Part shown: piece by piece, positions 8,090 to 18,173 of the stretch
Numbering within the stretch: position 1 is the stretch's first letter
Layout: the number at the start of each line of letters is the position of its first letter
From: an uncultured Defluviitaleaceae bacterium
GTDB lineage: Bacteria; Bacillota; Clostridia; Lachnospirales; WRAX01
Assembly: GCA_964449985.1 (NCBI GenBank)
Contig: CAYVCG010000001.1
Location: 1 to 59,107 of the forward strand
DNA: 59,107 bases
Reading direction: 5' to 3'
Translations under genes and position numbers: made by a program
The notes under the pieces: model-generated
The model's input: the letters and a program-made list of their open reading frames with translations, nothing else
What the model was told of the DNA's origin: nothing
Database searches by the model: none

Positions 8090-10333
8090 TTAGTGCAATA
8101 TCTTCGGGTTTAGGGAAGCGTTTATCGTTATGCCGGACAAATCCTCCCGTTCCCGTAGTTTATCCAAACAATAAAAAACAAAACTCTTGATTTTTTCTTC
8201 ATCAACGCATTTTACGATAATGCGCCAGCGGAAGTTTTTGTTTATTTTGGATATTTGGGCAGGCGATGGGCCAAGCAATTCAAAATTCCCCTTTTTATTA
8301 AAAAAATTCATTATATAATGAAGCCTGTTTAGGGCTACTATTACCTTTTTTTCATCATCCCCGGAAAACATGACGCTGAAAATATTTGTGTATGGGGGAT
8401 ACTGCATTTTTTGCCTTATTAATATTTCATGGTCATAGAAACCGTCATAGTTATTGTCTTTAGCAAAACAAATGCTGTAGTGCTCCGGCATATATGTTTG
8501 TATAAACGTTTTGCCGGGAATTTCGGCTCGCCCGGCTCTGCCTGAAACTTGGGTCAAAAGCTGGTATGTGGTTTCGGCGGAGCGAAAATCACCCGTGTTT
8601 AATGATATATCAGCGGCAATGATACCGACAAGCGAAACCCTTGGGAAATCATGCCCTTTTGCAATCATCTGGGTTCCTATCAAAATATCAGCCTGTCCTT
8701 TGGAAAAAGCAGAAAGAATGGCTTCATGACTGTGCTTTTTTGATGTCGTATCCATATCCATACGCAAGGTTTTTGCTTCTGGAAACAGCTTTTGTATTTC
8801 CTCCTGCACCTTTTGCGTCCCTGTTCCAAAATGCTTTATATGAATAGAGCCGCATATTGGACAGTTTTTCGGCATTGGTTGCTCATCGCCGCAGTAGTGA
8901 CACATAAGCTTGTTTGTATAGATATGGTATGTATAGTTGATGCTACAGGCATCACAAGCCAAAGCGTTACCGCATACACGGCACGAAACGAACGTCGAAT
9001 GCCCTCGGCGGTTTATAAAAAGGATAGCTTGGTTTTTATTTTCCAGTGTTTCTTCAATTGCTTCATACAATGCTCGACTGAAAATCGATTTGTTGCCTAG
9101 CGCCAGTTCTTCGCGCATGTCTATTATACTAACATCGGGCATAACGTTATTAACACGGTTATTTAGCTTTATTAAATGTATTTCATCACATTTGCATCCA
9201 AAATACGTTTCTACAGACGGAGTAGCCGAGCCCATAACAACAAGCGCACCGGTAAGCTCCATAAGCTTTACGGCTATTTCACGCACGTCATATTTTGGCG
9301 TTGTTTCTGATTTGTAAGTTGTTTCGTGCTCTTCGTCTATTATTATTACTCCAAGATTGTCAAACGGCGTAAATATCGCAGAGCGGGGGCCAATCATAAC
9401 GGAGACATAGCCTTCTCTTGCTTTTTGCCATTGGTCAAAGCGTTCCCCAGAGGAAAGGCGGCTATGCGTTACGGAAACACGTGGGCCAAAACGGCTGTAA
9501 AACCTATTAACTGTTTGCGGCGTCAGCGAAATCTCAGGCACCAAAACAATCGCCTGCTTCCCGGCTTTAAGCACTTTATCTATAAGCTGAAGGTAGATTT
9601 CCGTTTTGCCGCTACCTGTTACACCATGCAACAGAACAGGTTTTTTTTTATTAAACGATAGCATGTTGTATAAACAATCCAGAGCTGCCTGTTGCTCATA
9701 ATTTGGTTTTAGAGGCTCTGTTTTTGTTATGCCATAGTTAAATATTGTATCCCGGAAGGCCTTAAACGGCTTTATTTTTATTATACCGTGTTTTTCGAGC
9801 GTTTTAATAGGCGAATCCGAAATTTTTAGGTTTGATTTGATTTTCGCGTATTCCAAGCCGTTGGTTTCCATTAATGCTTTGACAACAAGACTTTGCTTAT
9901 CATTTTTTGCTAATATTTTTTGGATTTCTTGGGCTAGGTCTTTATTTTCGGTATCAAGATATATATATTTAATACTTAATGATTTTGTTCCAATTCCGGA
10001 GGGCAATATACATTGGATACAATCAGACAGGGTTGTGTAATACTTTTGCTTCATCCACTTTGCAAGGGAGAGCATTGCTTCACTAAAAACAGGGTAGTCC
10101 TCGGAAACAGATATAATCTCCTTCAGCTTATCGGAAGGGACGTCCGTCTCCGTGGAAAACCCTATAACATAGCCTTCGATTTTCTTGTTTCCTCGGCCGA
10201 ATGGAACGGTCACCCTTGCCCCTATTTTGATTTCGTCGCGCAGGGCAGAGGGGATTATATAATGAAATATCCTGTCAACATCCTTATGGGTGTTGGAAAC
10301 AATTATTTCGGCGAATAGATCCAAAACAATCAA
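8090..10333 (-). CDS. priA: Primosomal replication restart helicase PriA
   Basis: 747 aa with Walker A GVTGSGKT, DEEH box, and Cys-rich zinc-binding insert (CxxC repeated). Start codon uncertain (TTG at 10333 or 10324). Confidence 0.93.
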   Translation of the reverse strand: MIVLDLFAEIIVSNTHKDVDRIFHYIIPSALRDEIKIGARVTVPFGRGNKKIEGYVIGFSTETDVPSDKLKEIISVSEDYPVFSEAMLSLAKWMKQKYYTTLSDCIQCILPSGIGTKSLSIKYIYLDTENKDLAQEIQKILAKNDKQSLVVKALMETNGLEYAKIKSNLKISDSPIKTLEKHGIIKIKPFKAFRDTIFNYGITKTEPLKPNYEQQAALDCLYNMLSFNKKKPVLLHGVTGSGKTEIYLQLIDKVLKAGKQAIVLVPEISLTPQTVNRFYSRFGPRVSVTHSRLSSGERFDQWQKAREGYVSVMIGPRSAIFTPFDNLGVIIIDEEHETTYKSETTPKYDVREIAVKLMELTGALVVMGSATPSVETYFGCKCDEIHLIKLNNRVNNVMPDVSIIDMREELALGNKSIFSRALYEAIEETLENKNQAILFINRRGHSTFVSCRVCGNALACDACSINYTYHIYTNKLMCHYCGDEQPMPKNCPICGSIHIKHFGTGTQKVQEEIQKLFPEAKTLRMDMDTTSKKHSHEAILSAFSKGQADILIGTQMIAKGHDFPRVSLVGIIAADISLNTGDFRSAETTYQLLTQVSGRAGRAEIPGKTFIQTYMPEHYSICFAKDNNYDGFYDHEILIRQKMQYPPYTNIFSVMFSGDDEKKVIVALNRLHYIMNFFNKKGNFELLGPSPAQISKINKNFRWRIIVKCVDEEKIKSFVFYCLDKLREREDLSGITINASLNPKILH

Positions 10334-10360
10334 ATCCTTTATAAAAAGACAAAAGTGCTT

Positions 10361-10846
10361 TTAGTCCTCATTTTCCAAATCATCTTCAAACTCATCAAAG
10401 CTTTCATCAAATTCATCAACGAGATCATCGTCAAAATCGTCTTCGAAGCCTTCCTCGTCATCATCGTCATCAAAATCCGCTTCGTCTGCAAAATCTTCAT
10501 CTTCTGAAAGAAGCTCAACATCTTCGTCAAACTCGTCGGTAGTATAGTGGTTTTGAGGATAATTGCTATATTCCTGATTTTCTTGCTTAGAATCCGCTGC
10601 ATCCGGCTGGCTTTTTGCTGCATCCCCGTCGGGTATTATTTTTATTAAACGCTCCTGCATTTCTTTGACAGCGACGGAAACAGCCTTGTTTGTTTCAGCT
10701 GTTGCATGAGGGATAGCACCGTCTATCAATTGTCTTGCTCTTTTTGATGCTGCAATAACAACTGCGTATCTGCTTGTTATTTTGTTATCTAACACTGTTC
10801 CGTCGTTTAAAATTTGCATTAGTTCTGAATATGATGGTCTCAACAT
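10361..10846 (-). CDS. rpoZ: RNA polymerase omega subunit with long polyacidic C-terminal extension
   Basis: MLRPSYSELMQ...RYAVVIAASKRARQL omega core. GGAGGG RBS 10 nt before the ATG at 10846. The last ~90 aa are dominated by D/E. Confidence 0.88.
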   Translation of the reverse strand: MLRPSYSELMQILNDGTVLDNKITSRYAVVIAASKRARQLIDGAIPHATAETNKAVSVAVKEMQERLIKIIPDGDAAKSQPDAADSKQENQEYSNYPQNHYTTDEFDEDVELLSEDEDFADEADFDDDDDEEGFEDDFDDDLVDEFDESFDEFEDDLENED

Positions 10847-10893
10847 TTTTATAATACCCTCCAAAAAAGATATCTTATTAATATACTGGTTTT

Positions 10894-11520
10894 TTATACA
10901 ATAATAAATTTTTCAAGATCGCGGCGGGATGGGCGCAGCTTTTCGACAGTTACTATTGACTTAATGTCGTCTACGGCATCGTTGACGCTTTCGTTTATCA
11001 CAACATAGTCATACTGGTCTATCAGCTTGATCTCTTCCCTGGCGCGCCTTAATCTGTCCTCAATTGTTTCCATATCCTCGGTATTCCTGTTTATAAGACG
11101 GTTCTTTAGCTCATCAATAGAAGGAGGCAGCAGGAATATCAAAACACTGGTTTGGAACTTTTCTTTAACCTGCAATGCTCCATTAACTTCTATTTCAAGA
11201 ACAACCGTTTTGCCTTTTTCAATCTGCTCTTCGACATATGAGCGCGGAGTCCCATAATAATTGCCGCAGAATGTTGCGCTTTCTAAAAGCTGGTTGTTTT
11301 TCAGCTTTTCATAGAATTCTTCTTCAGTACAGAAAAAATAATCCTTGCCGTCAACCTCGCCAGAGCGTTTTTTTCGGGTTGTTACGGAGATCGAAACAGC
11401 AAACCCCAAGTCATTTTCACATGATTCATCAAAATTAGGCGGCGGGCATAGCTTTTTTACGACCGTCCCTTTGCCGGAGCCGGACGGACCGGAAATAATA
11501 ATCAACATACCCTTACTCAT
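10894..11520 (-). CDS. gmk: Guanylate kinase
   Basis: 208 aa with P-loop GPSGSGKGT, the TTR..R motif, and gmk position between remA and rpoZ as in Bacillus. Confidence 0.95.
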   Translation of the reverse strand: MSKGMLIIISGPSGSGKGTVVKKLCPPPNFDESCENDLGFAVSISVTTRKKRSGEVDGKDYFFCTEEEFYEKLKNNQLLESATFCGNYYGTPRSYVEEQIEKGKTVVLEIEVNGALQVKEKFQTSVLIFLLPPSIDELKNRLINRNTEDMETIEDRLRRAREEIKLIDQYDYVVINESVNDAVDDIKSIVTVEKLRPSRRDLEKFIIV

Positions 11521-11582
11521 TATTGCCCTTCCTCCTGTAAATAAACAAGCGCTTTATAAAGCTTGTTTTTATAAATAGTATT

Positions 11583-11864
11583 TTAAGCATTTTCCTGCGA
11601 ATTATCGGAAAAATCAATATGTTCTTTAGAAACCCTCGATGCTATTGTTTCTGGCTGAATAGAAGATAGGATGACGTGCCCACTGTCTGTTATAATAACG
11701 GCTCTTGTCCTCCTGCCATATGTTGCGTCTATTATGTTCCCATTTTCTTTGGCAACTTGGATGATTCTTTTAACAGGCGCCGATTCAGGACTTATTATAG
11801 CTATAATCCTGTTTGCAGCGACTACATTTCCAAAGCCTATGTTAACTAGCTTAAGATTATTCAA
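11583..11864 (-). CDS. remA: RemA/YlzA (DUF370) biofilm matrix regulator
   Basis: [41 protein letters not shown] closely matches the RemA pattern. The likely start is TTG at 11864, preceded by AGGTG, and it overlaps the yicC stop. Confidence 0.85.
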   Translation of the reverse strand: MNNLKLVNIGFGNVVAANRIIAIISPESAPVKRIIQVAKENGNIIDATYGRRTRAVIITDSGHVILSSIQPETIASRVSKEHIDFSDNSQENA

Positions 11865-12750
11865 TATTTTGCACCTGCTCGCGTATTTTCTCAACCTCGC
11901 TTTTCATCTGCACGACAAGCTTGGTTATTTCTAAGTCGTTTGATTTTGAACCTATAGTATTTACTTCTCTGTTAATTTCCTGAACAAGAAAATCCAACTT
12001 TTTTCCTACAGCGTCAGATTCGCAAAGAATCTCTGAAAGCTGGGAAAGGTGGCTTGATAGCCTTATTAATTCCTCATCGATACATGATTTATCTGAAAAG
12101 ATAGTTATTTCTTGGATAAGCCTTGTTTCATCATAATTAACATTGGCCAATGCTTCTTCGATTTTTGTTTTTAATCTGACAGCATAATCCTGAGCGACAT
12201 GAGGCGCCCGGGTTTTGACATTTTCGGTGAGCGCCGCAAGCACTTCTTTTTTCTTCAAAAGATCAGATTTAAGAGCAGCGCCTTCTATTTCACGCATTTT
12301 AATAAATGCATCAATGGCGGTTTTAAGAGCTGTGAAAAGCGCTTCCCACATTTGGTTCATGCTATCGTCCTGGCTATCTGCCAGTTTTTCAACTGTTACT
12401 ATATCTGGAAAGCGAGCAATAAGCGAAAGAGACAAATCATCACGTATTTCCGGATATTTAAGCTTTAGCCTTGATAGCGCGCTAAAATATGAATCAGCCA
12501 ATGCTTCATTCAGATTTACTTTTATATCATCGGCGGAAAAAGATTCAAAATGCACATAAACATCAGTCTTACCGCGGTTTACAACCTTTGAAAGTTCCGC
12601 CTTGATTTTATCTTCAAATGAGTTTAGAACTCTAGGAAGCTTTATGCTTAAATCGTTAAAGCGGTGATTAACGGATTTTATTTCAACAGTGAATTTACGG
12701 TTATATAGAATACAATCGCCTCTACCATAACCTGTCATGCTCTTTATCAT
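11857..12750 (-). CDS. yicC: YicC/YloC family stress-induced protein (endoribonuclease)
   Basis: [12 protein letters not shown]-terminus and C-terminal DUF1732-like ...[10 protein letters not shown].. motif. Start taken at the ATG with GAAAGG RBS. Confidence 0.9.
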   Translation of the reverse strand: MIKSMTGYGRGDCILYNRKFTVEIKSVNHRFNDLSIKLPRVLNSFEDKIKAELSKVVNRGKTDVYVHFESFSADDIKVNLNEALADSYFSALSRLKLKYPEIRDDLSLSLIARFPDIVTVEKLADSQDDSMNQMWEALFTALKTAIDAFIKMREIEGAALKSDLLKKKEVLAALTENVKTRAPHVAQDYAVRLKTKIEEALANVNYDETRLIQEITIFSDKSCIDEELIRLSSHLSQLSEILCESDAVGKKLDFLVQEINREVNTIGSKSNDLEITKLVVQMKSEVEKIREQVQNIE

Positions 12751-12817
12751 AAAAAACGACCTTTCTATGTGCTGCATCTTTTTATAATACCAAACATAAT
12801 AAAAAATGGCAATAACT

Positions 12818-15067
12818 TTAAGAAGAAGCAGATTTATATTTTGTTATATCCGTGCAGCAGACTAACAAAGCGTCTCTTTGGCCAGACCAAGTTATTTTTG
12901 ATGCAGCTGCATTTATCCATCCTCCAATCAGAGGCGTCATAAGCTCTAAAGAGGCCATTTTTGTTTTTTCATCAATCAAGTTTGCCGGGCAATTTTCGCA
13001 AGGCGTATCGCTGTCGAACCAAATCCTGTGGCACTTTTGGCCAACTTTATAGCCCATGGATTTTATAAGTTTGTTTAAGTAAAGGGTTTCATGCGATTCT
13101 TTATCAATTACATACACATAACCATTGAGATTTTCAAGCATTTGAATATGTCTTTCATAAAACGCCAATAATTCTTTTGAGATTTGGTCTTTTGTAATAA
13201 ATGTTGAAAGAATTTTTGTCATATAGTTTAATATAGCTATTTCATCAGGCGACCAGTTTCTGTTTGTTTTACATGAATCAAACCCAACAAATCCTTTCAT
13301 CACTCCGTTTTCGTAGAAAATGCAGCGAAGAATAGATTTTGTATTCTGATTCTTTAAAAGCGTATAAAACTCACCCTCAAGATTCGAAATATCTGAACAA
13401 TAATAGATACCGTCCTCATTAAACTGTGAAATTATATCATCAAGCATGAAAACTGGCATATTTTGCATGTTGTTAATTTCTTTGCTTATTCCTTTATTAC
13501 ACCATTCATATGTAACGCTGATAGTATTTTGATTTTCATTAAACTCATACACAGAGCATTTGTCGACATCAAATTCTTTGCCGATAATGCCTAGAATCAT
13601 GCTTATTGTTATTTCTATGTCCTTTGTTTCATAAAGCATTTCAAAAATGGTATGAATAATATCATCAATAAAGTAATTTGTGGTAAAACGCTTTATTAGT
13701 TTAGTTGGCTCTAATTCGATCAACGTTGTTTTGGACAGGTTGTCGTCATAAATTGTATAGCAATCTTTATTTTTTCGTTTTGATTCATAGAGAGCGATAT
13801 CCGCAAGGCGATATAGTTCGTCAAAGGTTTTGGCGTGTTTAGGACATAAAGCAATACCTATACTGCATGAAATTTTATATTCATTGATTTCTCCCGAATA
13901 TGTATGACGGAAAGCATCACATAGCTCTTTTGCCTTTTCAAATATAATATCATCGCTTTTAATATTGTTTATAAAAACAATAAATTCATCGCCGCCAACG
14001 CGCCCAATAATGTCACTATCTCGGAAGAAGAGCTTTAATTTGGCTGAAATATCTATAAGGACAGCATCTCCGAATTGGTGCCCCAACCTGTCATTAAGCC
14101 CCTTAAAATTGTCTATATCAGCCATTATCAGGGCGAATTTGTCACCGGGATTTGCACTTTTTAAGCATCGTTCAATGCGAAGCCTTGTTTCTTCTTTATT
14201 GTAAAGCTTTGTTAGTGGATCGGTTTCAGCCTTTCTTTTTAGGGTATCAATCTGAATTTTTTGCTTAGTTATATCTGTTAATTTTCCTATAACACGCGAT
14301 GGTTTGCCCCATTTATCAAAAAGAATCTTATAATGAACTGTATACCAAATGTAATCATTATCAGGGGCACACAATTTCAAGTGCATACCGTTTCCGGTTT
14401 CTAGCCCACGCACGGTTGCATCCTCTACCGCCATCATAAAATCCGGCATACTTTCTTCAGACACTACTCCCGAGCTAATAAATGCCTTTAAATAATTTTC
14501 TCTTGTTGATGGAATATTGAATCTCTGAGCAAAATGCTGAGAATGCTTGAGCTTTAAGGTTTCTATATCCAAATCGAAGAAACTATCATTCGTAAGATCC
14601 ATAATGAGCCTATTATAGATTTGTTCATTTTCTAGCTTATCCATAAGCGCGACATAATCAGTTATATCGATTAGAGAGCAATAAAGCATAACAGCCCCAT
14701 CTTTATTTGGAATGCCTCGCCCGCTGACATGAACCCATTTATGGCCACATTCTTTGTGAACAACTCTTACTTTGACATTAAATGTGAATTCCTTGGTGGC
14801 CGAAAAGCATTTATTAAATGCTGCTTGCAGCTTATCAAGATCATCATGGTGCATAGTCAGCATGCCTTTATTCTTATAAATATCATATAACTCTTGTTTG
14901 GTATAACCCAAGAGGTCAAAATATCCACGATTGGCTTGTACAATCGTCAAATCGTTGTTCGCTTGCGCTATAACTATAGCACTGGATATATATGAATTTA
15001 CAGAATCTACGCTTTTTAAGTCTTTAATCAAAAAATCATTTTCTAATTTGCAATCAAGTGTACTCAT
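12818..15067 (-). CDS. Multidomain diguanylate cyclase (PAS-PAS-GGDEF-GAF-like-Cys-rich PAS-like)
   Basis: GGDEF active site RVGGDEFIV with I-site RDSD five residues upstream. PAS-like repeats lie N-terminal. A ~300-aa sensory region follows GGDEF and ends with CHRIWFDSDTPCENCP. Start uncertain. Confidence 0.88.
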   Translation of the reverse strand: MSTLDCKLENDFLIKDLKSVDSVNSYISSAIVIAQANNDLTIVQANRGYFDLLGYTKQELYDIYKNKGMLTMHHDDLDKLQAAFNKCFSATKEFTFNVKVRVVHKECGHKWVHVSGRGIPNKDGAVMLYCSLIDITDYVALMDKLENEQIYNRLIMDLTNDSFFDLDIETLKLKHSQHFAQRFNIPSTRENYLKAFISSGVVSEESMPDFMMAVEDATVRGLETGNGMHLKLCAPDNDYIWYTVHYKILFDKWGKPSRVIGKLTDITKQKIQIDTLKRKAETDPLTKLYNKEETRLRIERCLKSANPGDKFALIMADIDNFKGLNDRLGHQFGDAVLIDISAKLKLFFRDSDIIGRVGGDEFIVFINNIKSDDIIFEKAKELCDAFRHTYSGEINEYKISCSIGIALCPKHAKTFDELYRLADIALYESKRKNKDCYTIYDDNLSKTTLIELEPTKLIKRFTTNYFIDDIIHTIFEMLYETKDIEITISMILGIIGKEFDVDKCSVYEFNENQNTISVTYEWCNKGISKEINNMQNMPVFMLDDIISQFNEDGIYYCSDISNLEGEFYTLLKNQNTKSILRCIFYENGVMKGFVGFDSCKTNRNWSPDEIAILNYMTKILSTFITKDQISKELLAFYERHIQMLENLNGYVYVIDKESHETLYLNKLIKSMGYKVGQKCHRIWFDSDTPCENCPANLIDEKTKMASLELMTPLIGGWINAAASKITWSGQRDALLVCCTDITKYKSASS

Positions 15068-15263
15068 ATAAATCATCATCCTTGCAGTGATTATCCAACA
15101 ATTGTATAAATAATAATTATTATACACTAACGCAGGATAAGAAACAAGGCTGAATTAGCATCGGTTATTGTCAGTAATTGTATATTAATGTATAAATAAA
15201 CAAAAGGACTGCCTAGTTTATGTCAGACAGCCCCGATTTATTTGCGGAAAATTCAATATTGAT

Positions 15264-15788
15264 TTAAATATCCAGAGTTATTATTGTCACGTATGATTTC
15301 TTTGCATACAAAACAGTGTTTTTTGTTCCGCCGGATGAACCGTTATAAAGACAAATTATGCGGCTGGAACAATCAACCATGTATTTGTTTCTTTTCATCA
15401 TGCATCCATCAGAATACGGCTTATCACTGACATAGGTGACATTATCCGTGCTTTCGATAATCTCAAAAAACTGCTTTTTATGCTGGGGATGCCAGCGCTC
15501 GTAATGATTTTTGCATGGAAGGGCTAGGTTTAGCCTAATAAAAGGATATTTATCGCGCAAGGTAAGCACAGTTTTTGCGGCGGACATATCAAAGCCAAGA
15601 CCACCGCCCGATACAAAGAACTTGTATCCTATGGAGATAGCTGATTCGATTTCATTTTCCAGCATATCAGCCATATGTTTGTTTAGTAGGCCGTTATTGT
15701 GAAACAACGATGGCATTTTTTGAGGGCGGTGCCCTGTGAAACAGCAGGTTATCGGCCTGTTCATATTTAGCTCAAATAAATTCTCCAT
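15264..15788 (-). CDS. SLOG-family protein (DUF1273, YpsA-like)
   Basis: Motifs CCFTGHRPQK and FVSGGGLGFD, plus ...SGGT at the C-terminus, typical of DUF1273. The ATG overlaps the cheV stop (TAATG). Confidence 0.8.
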   Translation of the reverse strand: MENLFELNMNRPITCCFTGHRPQKMPSLFHNNGLLNKHMADMLENEIESAISIGYKFFVSGGGLGFDMSAAKTVLTLRDKYPFIRLNLALPCKNHYERWHPQHKKQFFEIIESTDNVTYVSDKPYSDGCMMKRNKYMVDCSSRIICLYNGSSGGTKNTVLYAKKSYVTIITLDI

Positions 15789-16705
15789 TAATCCAGAGCG
15801 TATTTGTCTATAAGATTAACAAGGTCTGCAATATCGGGCTTTGCAAGCTGTGCAGTTGCTCCGATTTTTTGCCCTTTAATTCTCATTTCATCATTTATTA
15901 AAGAAGAAAATATTATAACAGGGAGAATACTTAGCTCTTCATCATCTTTAATGCATTTTGTTAGCCTGTGACCATCCATTTTGGGCATCTCTATGTCAGT
16001 TATAACACATTTGACAAAGTTTGATATTGGCAGCCCGGTTTCTTTATAAGACAAAAGCAAATCCCAAGCTTCTTTTCCGTTTGAACAGCAGATAAGATTC
16101 GTATATCCGGCTTTTTCTAAAGATTCCAGAATCATACGCTCTAAAAGCATAGAATCTTCTGCTACAAGAATGGGTTTATCCGTTTTTACTCTAGCGCCAA
16201 GCTTATCAATATCCTTGATTTGTATACCAGTTGATGGGCTGATGTCTGAAATAATTTTTTCAAAGTCTATAATAGTGACAAGTCTGTTATCAATTCTTGC
16301 AATTCCTGTTGCAAGGCCATCAGCTCCTCCGTATATAGATGAATCTGGCTTTTCTATATCTTCCCACGAAATTCTGTGTATCACTTCTACAGAATGGACA
16401 TGGAACGCAAATGAGCTTTTGTTAAAATTTGTTATAATATAGATATCTCTCTCTGGGCTTTCTGCTTCCGGCAGACCAAGATATGCCGGGAGGTTTATAA
16501 GCGTCATTATAACGTCTCTTGGCTTAAAAACCCCATGAATAAACGGATTGCTGTTTGGCATAGGAGTTACTTCCATGCGCTGCATAATCTCAACTACCTT
16601 TGACACGTTTATGCCGAAATGCCTATGAGCTATTGTAAACTCCAAAACCTCAAGTTCATTAGTTCCGCTTTCAAGAAGTATTTCGTTTTTAATTGCTTTG
16701 GCCAT
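15788..16705 (-). CDS. cheV: Chemotaxis coupling protein CheV (CheW domain + receiver domain)
   Basis: N-terminal CheW-like domain (ELEVLEFTI..FGINVSKV) and C-terminal REC domain (ILVAEDS...DIEMPKMDG). Confidence 0.9.
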   Translation of the reverse strand: MAKAIKNEILLESGTNELEVLEFTIAHRHFGINVSKVVEIMQRMEVTPMPNSNPFIHGVFKPRDVIMTLINLPAYLGLPEAESPERDIYIITNFNKSSFAFHVHSVEVIHRISWEDIEKPDSSIYGGADGLATGIARIDNRLVTIIDFEKIISDISPSTGIQIKDIDKLGARVKTDKPILVAEDSMLLERMILESLEKAGYTNLICCSNGKEAWDLLLSYKETGLPISNFVKCVITDIEMPKMDGHRLTKCIKDDEELSILPVIIFSSLINDEMRIKGQKIGATAQLAKPDIADLVNLIDKYALD

Positions 16706-17060
16706 AATAGATTTATCCTCCTTTTTTGGAAGTAGGTATGTGATGCGCTAATTAAAGTATATATCAAAAATAAATAAAAATAAATACAAAAAATTTATAT
16801 ATATTTTATCGGATTTGTCCATAAAAACTTTATTCAAAACATTAAAAAACAGCTCGCTTATAATTTATTTATTATCATTAGGCAATACTTGTTATTTTAT
16901 GTATTTAAAGATATAATTATATATAGTTAATTGGATAGGCTTTATTTTTGATGGCAAAAATAAATAATAAATTTTTATAAATAAGGGTACGATATAAACA
17001 TCATAGCTTTAAAACTTTTAAATAGATTATAACATAAATATCTTTATTGGGGGAGTAGAC

Positions 17061-18173
17061 TTGAATAAAAAAATATGTTACGCCTTTATATTAATTTCGT
17101 TTATCAGCATAGTGACTATGCTTTTTATAGGTAACTCGGCTTCTCATTATTACAAAGCTTATGACGGTAGCACTTCTTTACAAACTCAACAACAGGATCA
17201 GGCAATAAATGAAACAGAAAATCCTAAAGAAAATATTGATCCCTCTGCTGCGGAGATTCATATTAATGATTCAGACGATGTTGACGTTTTAAATATAACT
17301 CAAAACAAAAATGACGATATTAATGATGACAATACTGATGATAGCGATAATACAGAAAATTATGAACGGGCTATTGAAGATAATTCAAAGGAAAGCGCAG
17401 GAACGACTAATAACGCAATAGATGAAGAAGTTACTGTTGATGATCCGTTTCTGGAAGGACCGGAAGATGTTGAATCAGCCGATAATAAGGATATAATTGC
17501 AAATCCTTTGGAGGAGCTTCAAAATCCTGATGTTGTTTTGGATTTATCGGATATTAAGCATATAGCTCTGACATTTGATGATGGCCCGAGAGTTGAAACA
17601 ACGGGCAGGCTTTTGGATATTTTAAAAGATAATAATGCAAAAGCAACATTTTTTGTTATGGGTCAACGCGTTGAAAACAACCCTGATTTGGTTAAAAGGA
17701 TGTATGATGAAGGTCATGCAGTTGGGAATCATACATTTAACCATAAAGACTTGACAAAGCTTAAGGAATCAGACGTTAATTCTCAGATAGAAAAAACCAA
17801 TGTTACTATAAGGAATATCATCGATGCTGATACATCCTTGCTTAGACCGACATATGGGGCATACAATTCTAAAACGATGTCTATGGCAAAAGATAAGAGC
17901 ATGTTTTTAATATTGTGGGATATAGACCCTATGGATTGGAACTCAAAAAATGCCGATAGAATACATGACCATATAGTCTCACGGGCTAAAGATGGTGATA
18001 TAATACTGTTGCATGATATTTATCATACGAGTGTTGATGCTGCTGAGAAGGTTGTTAAAACTTTATCGGAAAAAGGGTTTGTTTTCGTAACAGTGCCTGA
18101 GCTTATAGAGCTTTATCAGCCGATGGAATATGGATGCGCTTACCGTTCGGGGAAGGGAGCCGCTGTTAAATGA
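17061..18173 (+). CDS. Polysaccharide deacetylase (NodB/CE4 domain) with N-terminal TM anchor and acidic linker
   Basis: TFDDGP, HTFNH and LLHD NodB motifs. TTG start after GGGGGAG. There is a ~140-aa D/N/E-rich linker. Confidence 0.88.
   Translation: MNKKICYAFILISFISIVTMLFIGNSASHYYKAYDGSTSLQTQQQDQAINETENPKENIDPSAAEIHINDSDDVDVLNITQNKNDDINDDNTDDSDNTENYERAIEDNSKESAGTTNNAIDEEVTVDDPFLEGPEDVESADNKDIIANPLEELQNPDVVLDLSDIKHIALTFDDGPRVETTGRLLDILKDNNAKATFFVMGQRVENNPDLVKRMYDEGHAVGNHTFNHKDLTKLKESDVNSQIEKTNVTIRNIIDADTSLLRPTYGAYNSKTMSMAKDKSMFLILWDIDPMDWNSKNADRIHDHIVSRAKDGDIILLHDIYHTSVDAAEKVVKTLSEKGFVFVTVPELIELYQPMEYGCAYRSGKGAAVK

Noticed and set aside
10339-10623. 94-aa alternative-frame ORF across the rpoZ tail region.
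   Set aside because: It is a frame-shifted reading of the GA-rich acidic-tail codons. The acidic frame is contiguous with the conserved omega core.
16706-17060. 355-nt very AT-rich gap upstream of cheV and the deacetylase, scanned for an sRNA, riboswitch or small ORF.
   Set aside because: I found no stable hairpins, terminators, repeats or RBS-preceded ORFs. It is most simply a divergent promoter region.
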